A DNA stretch of 64,000 nt from a virus. Made by a program: the position numbers and the translations under genes. The stretch is from positions 1-64,000 of IMG/VR virus record IMGVR_UViG_3300011115_000879. One strand, written 5' to 3'. How positions within the stretch are numbered: position 1 is the first letter of the stretch; each line of letters begins with the position of its first letter. Shown piece by piece: positions 21,390-29,677 of the stretch. The notes beneath the pieces were generated by a model. The model was not told the DNA's origin. It searched no databases and worked only from the letters and a program-made list of their open reading frames with translations.

Positions 21390-21689
21390 ATGGCAGACAT
21401 TAAACCAAAACTGAAAATATCAGTTAATAAGAACCCTACAAAAGAAGGTGTTAAAGTTCAATTCGTATTACCAGAAGCATTAGAAGGTGATGCTAAAGCA
21501 GAAATGACTCAAAAATTACAATCTAGATTGAATGGTGGTTTATCTCAATATAACCTTACAGTATCTCAAGATACTGATGTTCCATATAGTAACGTTATAG
21601 GATTCTTAATTCCAATAGCTGACATTAAGTTATTAATTAAGAAAGCTATTACAGGTGGTGGAGCTGAGACTAGTCCCGAAGCGATTTAA
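21390..21689 (+). CDS. Hypothetical protein
   Basis: A-rich leader; packed ORF. Confidence 0.65.
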   Translation: MADIKPKLKISVNKNPTKEGVKVQFVLPEALEGDAKAEMTQKLQSRLNGGLSQYNLTVSQDTDVPYSNVIGFLIPIADIKLLIKKAITGGGAETSPEAI

Positions 21690-21706
21690 CTTTAAAAACA
21701 ATCGTT

Positions 21707-22024
21707 ATGACTAAAACTCGAAAAATGAGAAGAAAGATTCCTGTATTTAAGATAAATATGAAACCGGGTGCTAGTTATTCTCAAATAGCAGAAATACCTG
21801 AATTAAAGCAGGTAATAATGGAAGAAACCATATTTGCTATTGCTGACGGTATGAATAAAAATAAAAAAATCATATCTTTATTTGAAGTGGCAGAATCAAA
21901 TTACTATATTCAATTAGATAAAAATAATTGGAAACCAGCATTATCTACAGCTCTTGAGTATTATATAGAAAAAGAAGATTGGAAGAAATGTATTGAATGT
22001 CGAGATTTAATAAAAAAATTATAA
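21707..22024 (+). CDS. Hypothetical protein with C-terminal UVR-like motif
   Basis: EKEDWKKCIECRDLIKKL. Confidence 0.6.
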   Translation: MTKTRKMRRKIPVFKINMKPGASYSQIAEIPELKQVIMEETIFAIADGMNKNKKIISLFEVAESNYYIQLDKNNWKPALSTALEYYIEKEDWKKCIECRDLIKKL

Positions 22025-22027
22025 GTT

Positions 22028-22450
22028 ATGGAAGATAATGAAGGTCATGTAAAAGGAATAAAAAAATCAGTAGAAGATATTATAGGATCTGCAACATCAA
22101 TAAAACTCAAACGCAAGTCAGGAGTTGATTCTCAAAAAGAAAAATTTGAAAAAATAATTTTATCTTTAGAAGAATTAGATGTTAGATCATTAATATTGGG
22201 AGGTGATTTAGGATTAGATTTCACAGCATATGATGAGAAATTCTACGCCGTTATAGATGCTATATTTCAACTTCACTTTAGTAAAGAAATAAATGAATTA
22301 ATATTCTTCTACTTATATGAACGTATTAATGAAGATGGTTCATTTAATAAAGTAGTGGATATTGATGGAGTTGAAATAGAATTAAGTAGTCCTTCAGATT
22401 TATGGGCTATTATTCAAGCAATGGAAGAAAATTCTAAAAAGAAAAAGTAA
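22028..22450 (+). CDS. Hypothetical protein
   Basis: GTTATG start; packed ORF. Confidence 0.65.
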   Translation: MEDNEGHVKGIKKSVEDIIGSATSIKLKRKSGVDSQKEKFEKIILSLEELDVRSLILGGDLGLDFTAYDEKFYAVIDAIFQLHFSKEINELIFFYLYERINEDGSFNKVVDIDGVEIELSSPSDLWAIIQAMEENSKKKK

Positions 22451-23052
22451 TGCCCGCCGCTAAAACATTCACTAAATCTCAAATTGAGACGGCTATGCGC
22501 TACACTAAGAGTGTAAGAGCAGCAGCTAAGTATTTAGGATGTTCATATCAACACCTTAAACCGTTTATGAAAACGCTTAGAGTTGATGATAGTGATCCTA
22601 ATTCACCCACTTTATTTGAGACTCATAAAAACCAAAACGGTAAAGGTATTCCTAAATTCCTACCTAATAGACGTAAGGAACCAAACGTTAAGAATATTAT
22701 ACTAACTGGTACTGGATGGGAATCATTCACTCCTGAGAAGATTAAGGTAAGATTAGTGGCTGAAGGTTACTTAAAAGATGAATGCTATACCTGTGGATTT
22801 AATGAGCGTAGGGTAACTGATTATAGAATACCACTATTATTAAATTTTAAAGATAATAATAGATGTAATTATCTACTTGATAATTTAGAACAATTATGTT
22901 ATAATTGCTATTATCTATACATTGGAGAAGTATTATCACCAAATCAAATACGCCACATCGAAGATAATCAAACAGTATTAGCTAAACCACATGAGTGGAA
23001 TTTAGATGCTGATCAATTAGATAATATGAGAGCTTTAGGATTAATAGATTAA
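22450..23052 (+). CDS. HTH plus degenerate HNH/Zn-finger protein
   Basis: SVRAAAKYLGCS helix-turn-helix; CYTC...NL..LCYNC. Confidence 0.65.
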   Translation: MPAAKTFTKSQIETAMRYTKSVRAAAKYLGCSYQHLKPFMKTLRVDDSDPNSPTLFETHKNQNGKGIPKFLPNRRKEPNVKNIILTGTGWESFTPEKIKVRLVAEGYLKDECYTCGFNERRVTDYRIPLLLNFKDNNRCNYLLDNLEQLCYNCYYLYIGEVLSPNQIRHIEDNQTVLAKPHEWNLDADQLDNMRALGLID

Positions 23053-23107
23053 TTTAGAAATGGCAAAATAAAAATCGTATATTCAATTATAAATAAAAAC
23101 AAAAACA

Positions 23108-23338
23108 ATGGCACAATTTTTTCAAGTTAAAGTTCAATTTAGAACAGAAGACGACAAAGGTAAAATTAAAAAAGAAAACGTATCGTATTTAGTAGATGCA
23201 ATGTCAGTAACAGAAGCAGAAGCTAGAACAGTTCAATATTTAAATGCACGTGGTGAAGAAGCATTTGAAGTTAAGGCAGCATCTGAATCTAAGATTGCTC
23301 AAGTAGTAATGATAGACGTGATAGAAGAGGTAAAATAA
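23108..23338 (+). CDS. DUF4494-like protein
   Basis: KIKKENVSYLVDAMSVTEAEAR; promoter motif at 23062. Confidence 0.75.
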   Translation: MAQFFQVKVQFRTEDDKGKIKKENVSYLVDAMSVTEAEARTVQYLNARGEEAFEVKAASESKIAQVVMIDVIEEVK

Positions 23339-23373
23339 AAATCGTATATTTAATTAAACAAAAAACAATAAAA

Positions 23374-23520
23374 ATGAAAAAAGCAATTTTAGCAGTACTA
23401 GTAGCGAGTGTATTTACAGCGTGTAATGACACCACAACTACAACAACAACTACAGACTCAACCAAAGTCGATTCAACAGTAGTAGACAGTACAAAGGTAA
23501 TTACTGATTCAGTTAAGTAA
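23374..23520 (+). CDS. 48-aa lipoprotein (not in ORF track)
   Basis: MKKAILAVLVASVFTA-C lipobox, then NDTTTTTTTTDSTKVDSTVVDSTKVITDSVK; promoter motif at 23329. Confidence 0.8.
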   Translation: MKKAILAVLVASVFTACNDTTTTTTTTDSTKVDSTVVDSTKVITDSVK

Positions 23521-23587
23521 TTGGAGCCGTTAAGCGTCAGGGGGTCTAGCCTGCGAAGACTACGTAACGAAAGGTCTTTTATTATAT

Positions 23588-23747
23588 TGTAGGATGGTGA
23601 AATGCTTTAGAGCTCGGCATACACACCCCTTCGTCTCAGGGGCGCAGATAACGAGATAGATAAATAGTATGGGTTGACCACACGCTTGCAAGCATTGAGT
23701 GCTATTTATCGAATTGCTGCTTGAAGGTTCAACTCCTTCTCCTACAG
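23588..23747 (+). ncRNA. 160-nt tRNA-like RNA with expanded D loop and ~80-nt branched variable arm
   Basis: Acceptor TGTAGGA/TCCTACA; anticodon-like arm CCCCT-TCGTCTC-AGGGG; T arm GAAGG-TTCAACT-CCTTC. Confidence 0.75.
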
Positions 23748-23752
23748 CATAA

Positions 23753-23825
23753 GCCGAAGTAGCTCAGTTGGTAGAGCAACTGATTTGTAATCAGTAGGTC
23801 GCTAGTTCGACTCTAGTCTTCGGCT
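23753..23825 (+). tRNA. tRNA-Thr(TGT)
   Basis: Cloverleaf; CTGAT-TTGTAA-TCAG anticodon arm. Confidence 0.95.
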
Positions 23826-23833
23826 CAACAATT

Positions 23834-23919
23834 GCCTGAGTGTTGAAATAGGTAGACAAGACAGACTTAAAATCTGTTGAGTAGTAATGCTCGTGCCGGT
23901 TCAAGTCCGGCCTCAGGTA
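23834..23919 (+). tRNA. tRNA-Leu(TAA)
   Basis: ACAGA-CTTAAAA-TCTGT; long variable arm. Confidence 0.95.
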
Positions 23920-23936
23920 CAGTTCATTGATAATAT

Positions 23937-24419
23937 GGGGGATGTATGGCATTTGATCCGTATGAGATTGGTTAGTATACACGCAGAGACATGGTATTCG
24001 CTCTCTTTAATCTCGATACAAAAACCTTAAACGACAACAAAAATTCTCGTCAAGAAATCGGTGCAACTATTATCAACATGGCATTTGCGAATGCTAATGT
24101 AGCTATGGCTGCCTAGTATCTACGGATACTTTCTTTCCCTGGCAACTTGGGTGAAACGGTAAGTTGCAACATTACGTTTTCTTGGTTATCGTAAAACTAA
24201 GTGGTGGACTGTTACCAATCGGTAGCCCAGACTACTAATCAGAATGATCGTACCAGTCTATTGAGGTTCATTACTATCATAGAACGAACAATTCAGATTG
24301 ACCTACGGTGCAGATACTAACGAGGGTTCATCCTCTTGATTAGATCAGTACTAAGCGTGTGAGAAGCTGTACTAATTGGTACTTACGGAGACCAGGGTTC
24401 GACTCCCTGATCCTCCACA
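23937..24419 (+). ncRNA. ssrA: tmRNA
   Basis: GGGGGAT/ATCCTCC acceptor with G3-U70; T arm CAGGG-TTCGACT-CCCTG; tag ORF 24033-24116 DNKNSRQEIGATIINMAFANANVAMAA*. Confidence 0.92.
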
Positions 24420-24423
24420 ACAT

Positions 24424-24497
24424 TGACTTTTAGCTCAGATGGTTAGAGCGTCTGACTCATAATCAGAGGGTCGTTGGTTCAAGTCCGACAAAGTCAA
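24424..24497 (+). tRNA. tRNA with CAT anticodon (elongator Met or Ile2)
   Basis: TCTGA-CTCATAA-TCAGA; acceptor TGACTTT/AAAGTCA. Confidence 0.92.
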
Positions 24498-24728
24498 CAA
24501 TACAAGGTAGTATAAGAGCGGACGAATTCCGAAAGGATAAGGTTACAAAGCCCTGCCACACCGCAATGAGAGAGTCATTGGTACTACTTTTTTAAATTAC
24601 TAGTCCTCTATCTGGTACCGGATATGAATCGAAGATAGCATCCGCTTCCCATAAGAACAGCGCGCTTAGATAGCTCCGAATCGTCAGTCGGCACTGTTGG
24701 CAACTCAGGGGGTACAAAAGTTGCAAAT

Positions 24729-24805
24729 AGTCAGGTGGGTGTAATGAGGGATGGTGCCCGACTCCATTAATGGTTGCTTATCCGGTTCGAGTCCGGCCCT
24801 GACTG
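24729..24805 (+). ncRNA. tRNA-like RNA (AGTCAGG family)
   Basis: Acceptor AGTCAGG/CCTGACT and T arm CCGG-TTCGAGT-CCGG; D and anticodon arms non-canonical. Confidence 0.7.
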
Positions 24806-24817
24806 CTAAGAAAAAGT

Positions 24818-24934
24818 ATGAAAGAAGATACAGTAATTACAATCTATAGTAAAAGATCGAATAGGTATTGGGAGTGCTCTTATGGTGCATTTCTAAAAAA
24901 CTGGTCTAAGTACGGTTGGATTATTGTAGATTAA
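24818..24934 (+). CDS. 38-aa hypothetical protein in the tRNA cluster
   Basis: MKEDTVITIYSKRSNRYWECSYGAFLKNWSKYGWIIVD with A-rich leader. Confidence 0.5.
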   Translation: MKEDTVITIYSKRSNRYWECSYGAFLKNWSKYGWIIVD

Positions 24935-24938
24935 ACAT

Positions 24939-25010
24939 AGTCAGGTGGCGTAAATGGAAACGCCCCACCATAGTAGGTGGGAGATGTAGGTTCGATTCCT
25001 ATCCTGACCG
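24939..25010 (+). ncRNA. tRNA-like RNA (AGTCAGG family) with 6-nt anticodon loop
   Basis: AGTCAGG/CCTGACC; D arm GCGT..ACGC; CCACC-ATAGTA-GGTGG; GTAGG-TTCGATT-CCTAT. Confidence 0.72.
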
Positions 25011-25104
25011 CGCAAAAAACTATTAGGTGAAGTTTCCTTACCACGACAAATTCGTCCACTGTGACTATATCGTATGGGTTTTTGATACCTACTTTAATTT
25101 AGAT

Positions 25105-25263
25105 ATGAAAAAAATTTGGAGAGTATGGGCGAAAGCCTTAGGAGAAAAAGCAGGAGCTACTGATAAAGAATCAGATACGATAGCTATTATCAGAACTCTG
25201 ATAGTACTAACCTATATAATAACAAACATATGTATTATAGCAGGTATAATTAGACATTGGTAA
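25105..25263 (+). CDS. Small membrane protein
   Basis: MKKIWRVWAKALGEKAG..one TM..IRHW; start moved to ATG 25105. Confidence 0.65.
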   Translation: MKKIWRVWAKALGEKAGATDKESDTIAIIRTLIVLTYIITNICIIAGIIRHW

Positions 25264-25266
25264 TAC

Positions 25267-25340
25267 TGTGATATGGTGTAACGGTAACACTACAGATTTT
25301 GATTCTGTCATCTCTAGTTCGAATCTAGGTATCACATCCA
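25267..25340 (+). tRNA. tRNA-Gln(TTG)
   Basis: ACAGA-TTTTGAT-TCTGT; encoded CCA. Confidence 0.93.
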
Positions 25341-25350
25341 CTTAACAAAT

Positions 25351-25425
25351 ACGTGTGTAGTTCAATTGGTAGAACACTGCTCTCCAAAAGCAGTAATGAA
25401 GGTTCGAGTCCTTACATACGTGCCA
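25351..25425 (+). tRNA. tRNA-Trp(CCA)
   Basis: CTGCT-CTCCAAA-AGCAG; encoded CCA. Confidence 0.93.
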
Positions 25426-25545
25426 CTAGTAATAATGACACGCACGGCACTCTGGAATGTATGCATGCTGAACAGACAATGCGAACGATGAAGATAGGAT
25501 ACCTCACAGTGCGTAGGTAAGTTTCAAAGCCTGTCACTAGCTTTA

Positions 25546-25573
25546 AGAGCAACCAGCAATGGTTGCTCTCTTT
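25546..25573 (+). terminator. Intrinsic terminator closing the RNA cluster
   Basis: AGAGCAACCA-GCAA-TGGTTGCTCT followed by CTTT. Confidence 0.75.
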
Positions 25574-25608
25574 CATCATATTTATATGTGAACATTAAAA
25601 TTAAAACT

Positions 25609-25863
25609 ATGAGCTTCAAACAATGGATCATCGATCTGTTCAAAGATGAACGTGGATCAACTTCAATCAAACCATTAATAGCATTTATAGGATCATTATG
25701 TTTATGTGTAACTATGACGATTACTTCGGTAACCGTTAAGGACTTTAAACCTAGCGATGTACTGGTAAATGCAGTAATGATTATAACAGCGATTGGAATG
25801 GGTGCTGATAGCCTAGATAAATTTTCAGTTAAAAATAAAGAAACACCACCTGAAGATAAATAA
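25609..25863 (+). CDS. 2-TM membrane protein (holin-like)
   Basis: Two TM helices; late motif at 25578; start moved to ATG 25609. Confidence 0.55.
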   Translation: MSFKQWIIDLFKDERGSTSIKPLIAFIGSLCLCVTMTITSVTVKDFKPSDVLVNAVMIITAIGMGADSLDKFSVKNKETPPEDK

Positions 25864-25899
25864 TTTGGTTATGGCAAAATAACTTAGTATATTTAGGTT

Positions 25900-26460
25900 A
25901 TGAAAAAGTTATTAAGATGGTGGAGATGGGAAGGAAAAGACCTACATAGAGAAATCTATACAGGTATTAAAAATATAATCCGTTGGTTTCCAGTTATTTG
26001 GAAAGACAGAGATTGGGATGATCATTATATCTGGGAAATATTAAAAACTAAGTTACGAAACCAAGCTGAGTGTATTGGTAAGAATGGTCATCATGTCAAT
26101 GCCGAAAGAGATGCTGAGCGAATGATGTTATGTGTTAGATTAATAGATAAAATCCAAAGCGAATACTATCAGTCAGAGTGTATGGATTATTGTATCGATG
26201 AACTCCATTGGGATAATATAGAAGACAAACCAGATTATGTACAACTACGTATAGAAAAAATATCAGATAACTTTCAAGATTACTTCGATAAGTATAGGTT
26301 AACCTATATAGACGTTATGACTAGACCTAAAGATAAACTAATCTTTAGCAACAATTCAAACATGCATATAGCAATGAATATAGCTAATATCAATGCCGAT
26401 AGAGCAAAAACACTATTATTTAAAATCTTAAATAAACATATAACATCATGGTGGGACTAA
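25900..26460 (+). CDS. Conserved phage hypothetical protein
   Basis: WFPVIWKDRDWD...SWWD; promoter motif at 25873. Confidence 0.7.
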   Translation: MKKLLRWWRWEGKDLHREIYTGIKNIIRWFPVIWKDRDWDDHYIWEILKTKLRNQAECIGKNGHHVNAERDAERMMLCVRLIDKIQSEYYQSECMDYCIDELHWDNIEDKPDYVQLRIEKISDNFQDYFDKYRLTYIDVMTRPKDKLIFSNNSNMHIAMNIANINADRAKTLLFKILNKHITSWWD

Positions 26461-26630
26461 CACATATAAAAGAACATTTAGCCGTTATAGGAATTATTAT
26501 TCTAATATTAGCTCCAATAGCTTGGGCTTGGACTTGCGGAATTGATAGTATGCACCGAGAACACCCAGACTATAAAGGAGAAGATTTCCTTGGCGAAGAA
26601 AAAGACGTAGATTCATCAAAATTAAAATAA
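26448..26630 (+). CDS. Small membrane protein
   Basis: One TM and HPDYKGEDF. Confidence 0.6.
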   Translation: MVGLTHIKEHLAVIGIIILILAPIAWAWTCGIDSMHREHPDYKGEDFLGEEKDVDSSKLK

Positions 26631-26884
26631 TGAAACAATACATTAATCCACTATTAAGAGTTGCTACGGTTGCTATGTTACTATATGTAATATATAATCA
26701 ATCAGAGAACATCAAAACGCTAAAAACTAGTAACGCATCAATTCAGTATCAGTGCGATTCATTAAAGAGTGAAATCTTCGTAAAGGATATTGACATACAA
26801 AGATATGGTATTATAATTGATAGAGCTAATGAAGATCCTAGATGTAATAAAGTATTAGATAAACTATTTAACGAAACAGAATAA
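26630..26884 (+). CDS. TM plus coiled-coil hypothetical protein
   Basis: N-terminal TM; coupled start. Confidence 0.6.
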   Translation: MKQYINPLLRVATVAMLLYVIYNQSENIKTLKTSNASIQYQCDSLKSEIFVKDIDIQRYGIIIDRANEDPRCNKVLDKLFNETE

Positions 26885-26886
26885 CA

Positions 26887-27132
26887 ATGGCAACAGCAAC
26901 ACTAACATTCGACCTTACTGATCCAGATGATCTAATAGAACACAAACGCTGCATTAAAGCAATAGATGTATGTCTAGCTATATGGGATATGGATCAATAT
27001 CTCAGAACAAGAATTAAGTATGAATCCGATACGATGACAAATGAAGAATGTGGTGCTTATGAGACTATGAGGGATAAGCTAAGAGAGATCTTGGAAGAGA
27101 GAAGTATATCGTTTGACGAATTAATAAACTAA
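26887..27132 (+). CDS. Hypothetical protein
   Basis: Packed ORF. Confidence 0.65.
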   Translation: MATATLTFDLTDPDDLIEHKRCIKAIDVCLAIWDMDQYLRTRIKYESDTMTNEECGAYETMRDKLREILEERSISFDELIN

Positions 27133-27135
27133 GTT

Positions 27136-27339
27136 ATGACAGCAGTAGAATGGCTACTTCAAGAAATGGGAAAGCTTAGCAATGGTCAACCCACAGAAGC
27201 AATGATACTGTATGCTAAGAAGTTAGAAAGGCAGCAAAGAGAAGATGCTTTTAAAGAAGGTGGTGAAGCAGTATCAGATTATTTAAATAGAGAAGCTTGC
27301 CGCCAGTTAGGTATTCTCCCATATACAAAAATTAAATAA
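27136..27339 (+). CDS. Hypothetical protein (MTAVEWL type)
   Basis: Packed ORF with GTTATG start. Confidence 0.65.
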   Translation: MTAVEWLLQEMGKLSNGQPTEAMILYAKKLERQQREDAFKEGGEAVSDYLNREACRQLGILPYTKIK

Positions 27340-27340
27340 T

Positions 27341-27973
27341 ATGAAAACAGGAACATCAAGTTTAATGGACAGTCATTTAGTAGATTTTACTAATCCAAAT
27401 GCAAATAATATAAAGAGTAGTTCAACTACATCTAAAAAAGTTATTAGAATAGATGACATCAACGAAGAAGTAGATGAACTAATAAGACAGAATGAACTTA
27501 CATCTTCCCAAACAGAAACACAAGGTTATATCTGTCCTGTGACAAAAGTACAATGTGATGACGAATGCTGCACAAGTCCAGAAAATTGTAACATAGACAA
27601 CGAAGAATTTATACATCCAATATCAGCAGATTGTGAAGAAGTAAAAAATTGGGATAATTTCGTAGAGGAAAAAAATAAGGAATTATATTACCTAAAGCAA
27701 GTTATGAATCCATACCCAACAGGTTCTCCATCTTACTATACATACGAGAAAGGATTTATAGAAGGGTACAAAAAAGCACAATATACCCAAACAGAAATAT
27801 CAGATGAAGAAATAGAGAAAGCGGCTAATAAATCTGCATTAGGTGGTTACGCATGGCAAAAGGAAAAAAGAAAATCATTTAAAGAAGGTAGTAAATGGTA
27901 TCGTGATTCTATGGTTAATCAAGTCGGCTCTAAAGAGATAATTCAAGCATATAAAGAACACTTAAAAAGATAA
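27341..27973 (+). CDS. Mosaic hypothetical protein
   Basis: Cys cluster CPVTKVQCDDECC..C plus EISDEEIE..KWYR module. Confidence 0.65.
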   Translation: MKTGTSSLMDSHLVDFTNPNANNIKSSSTTSKKVIRIDDINEEVDELIRQNELTSSQTETQGYICPVTKVQCDDECCTSPENCNIDNEEFIHPISADCEEVKNWDNFVEEKNKELYYLKQVMNPYPTGSPSYYTYEKGFIEGYKKAQYTQTEISDEEIEKAANKSALGGYAWQKEKRKSFKEGSKWYRDSMVNQVGSKEIIQAYKEHLKR

Positions 27974-27976
27974 ATA

Positions 27977-28189
27977 ATGGATTTAACATCAAAACAGAAA
28001 GCGGTTCAGTTAGTAATTCAATACGATGAGTTACTAACCTATTTAGAAAGCAAAGCAAAAGCAAAAGAATGCGCAATCATGGTAGCTAATGCCATAAAAG
28101 AAGAAACGGTGGATAACTACGATACCATACACTCAATGGATAGGTTATCTTACTGGACGGAAGTAATAGCAGAAATAGGACAATTATGA
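27977..28189 (+). CDS. Hypothetical protein, KA..AKECA..YW.EV family
   Basis: Shares motif with 28186, 29678, 47399 and 48472. Confidence 0.65.
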   Translation: MDLTSKQKAVQLVIQYDELLTYLESKAKAKECAIMVANAIKEETVDNYDTIHSMDRLSYWTEVIAEIGQL

Positions 28190-28446
28190 TAACAGTAAAA
28201 GAAAAAGCAGCAGAGTTAATAGAAACTTTTTATTATCCTACTTTAAGATGGGCATTCATTCATGCTAAAGAATGTGCTGTAAAAGCAGTGGATGAAATTA
28301 TTAAGAGTAGAAAGGAAGATAAAGGATTCAATGATATATTATCTTTTAGAAGTAATGAATATTATAATCCTAATCCAATGTATTTAACCTACTGGGAGCA
28401 GGTAAAAGAAGAAATTAAAAATTTTACACCAAAATATCCAGATTAA
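28186..28446 (+). CDS. Hypothetical protein, same paralog family
   Basis: KEKAAELI..AKECAVKAVDEII..YWEQVKEEI. Confidence 0.65.
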   Translation: MITVKEKAAELIETFYYPTLRWAFIHAKECAVKAVDEIIKSRKEDKGFNDILSFRSNEYYNPNPMYLTYWEQVKEEIKNFTPKYPD

Positions 28447-28449
28447 AAA

Positions 28450-28620
28450 ATGACACTACAAGAGGCTATAACCGTATTAACAATACACCAGCAATGGAAA
28501 AAGGGTGCTAATTTGCCAATGTTAGAACCTAAAAGAATAACCGAAGCCATTGATATTATCCTTGAAAATCATTTACATCAACAATTTAAAGAAGCTAAAA
28601 ATGAAAGGGGTATTAAATAA
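28450..28620 (+). CDS. 56-aa hypothetical protein (not in ORF track)
   Basis: MTLQEAITVLTIHQQWKKGA...; fills the gap. Confidence 0.6.
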   Translation: MTLQEAITVLTIHQQWKKGANLPMLEPKRITEAIDIILENHLHQQFKEAKNERGIK

Positions 28621-28801
28621 AACAGAACGTGGGTGGGTTGTAAGTTATAGAACAGATGATATGAATATTGATTCCTACGATAATTTGCCATTATTCGCTA
28701 ATAATCAAATTAGTCTTGTAGATATGGAGCAAGTTGAATTTGAGATAATTGAGTTACCTAAATGGCGTGACAGTGCTAAATATGCTAAAATAATTAAATA
28801 A
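28601..28801 (+). CDS. Hypothetical protein, paralog of the 28808 N-terminus
   Basis: MKGVLNKTERGWVV..LP..QVEFEI..YAKI; start moved to ATG 28601. Confidence 0.65.
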   Translation: MKGVLNKTERGWVVSYRTDDMNIDSYDNLPLFANNQISLVDMEQVEFEIIELPKWRDSAKYAKIIK

Positions 28802-28807
28802 AATACT

Positions 28808-29428
28808 ATGAAAGGGACATTAAAAGAAACAAAAGCAGGGTGGTTTGTATGGTACGACGTACTAAAAGACGAAGTAACAACTGGCTACGATTCTCTCCCA
28901 GTACTCCAATTAGAATTTAGTGTAAGTGAAAAACAACCAATCATTCCATTAGAGAACGATAAGCAAGTAGAGTTTGAAATAGTGAGATATTGTCCTTATC
29001 ATAAATGTAGTCCATCTGAACCAAAAGGATGTACAATCGATTGTGCATACACTGAAGTTAAGTATGCTAAGCTGATAGAGAAGAAGATTGTACCAGATCA
29101 AACATTCCTCATGAAAGATAAGAACGGTATCTTCTATGAAATGTCTGCTAAAGAAAAAATGGCATCTTCTATGAAAGTAAAAACCAACGAAGAAAGATTT
29201 GATGAATTTATAGACTCAGTAAATCAACCTCCTTATCCTGAATTAGAAGGAACGTTGGAAGTCTGTAAAGATATCATTAACTTTAGAACATCAGAGATAT
29301 CAGATGAGGAGATTGAGCAAGCATGTTGGGAACATTTTACTGATGAATATGCTGATATGTGGTCAGAAAGACTTGCCTTTAAATTAGCCTGTAAATGGTA
29401 TAGAGAACAATTAAATTTAAGAAAATGA
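28808..29428 (+). CDS. Mosaic hypothetical protein
   Basis: MKGTLKETKAGW..QVEFEI module, Cys insert and EISDEEIE..KWYRE module. Confidence 0.65.
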   Translation: MKGTLKETKAGWFVWYDVLKDEVTTGYDSLPVLQLEFSVSEKQPIIPLENDKQVEFEIVRYCPYHKCSPSEPKGCTIDCAYTEVKYAKLIEKKIVPDQTFLMKDKNGIFYEMSAKEKMASSMKVKTNEERFDEFIDSVNQPPYPELEGTLEVCKDIINFRTSEISDEEIEQACWEHFTDEYADMWSERLAFKLACKWYREQLNLRK

Positions 29429-29676
29429 AACAATGGTCATCGCCTAATGCAAGGTACTTTACAACACATTTCATTGCAGGAGCAATTGGAGCACTAATAT
29501 GTGTATTTTTACCTGATTCTAAAAGTAAACCTGATAAAAAATATCCTGTAGAAATAACTTTAATTATGGGGTCAGGTTATATGTGCATGGATGCTGATTC
29601 AGTAGTTGGTAATATGGCATATAGAGATGGTATTAAAATCAAATTAGATAACGTAGCTTGTATAAAATTTAAGTAA
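29425..29676 (+). CDS. Hypothetical membrane-anchored protein
   Basis: One TM. Confidence 0.55.
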   Translation: MKQWSSPNARYFTTHFIAGAIGALICVFLPDSKSKPDKKYPVEITLIMGSGYMCMDADSVVGNMAYRDGIKIKLDNVACIKFK

Positions 29677-29677
29677 T

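Noticed and set aside
23521-23580. Hammerhead-like words (CTGCGA..CGAAA..GTC) upstream of the tRNA cluster
   Set aside because: The core deviates from CUGANGA and the three stems cannot be assembled; only two weak hairpins are supported
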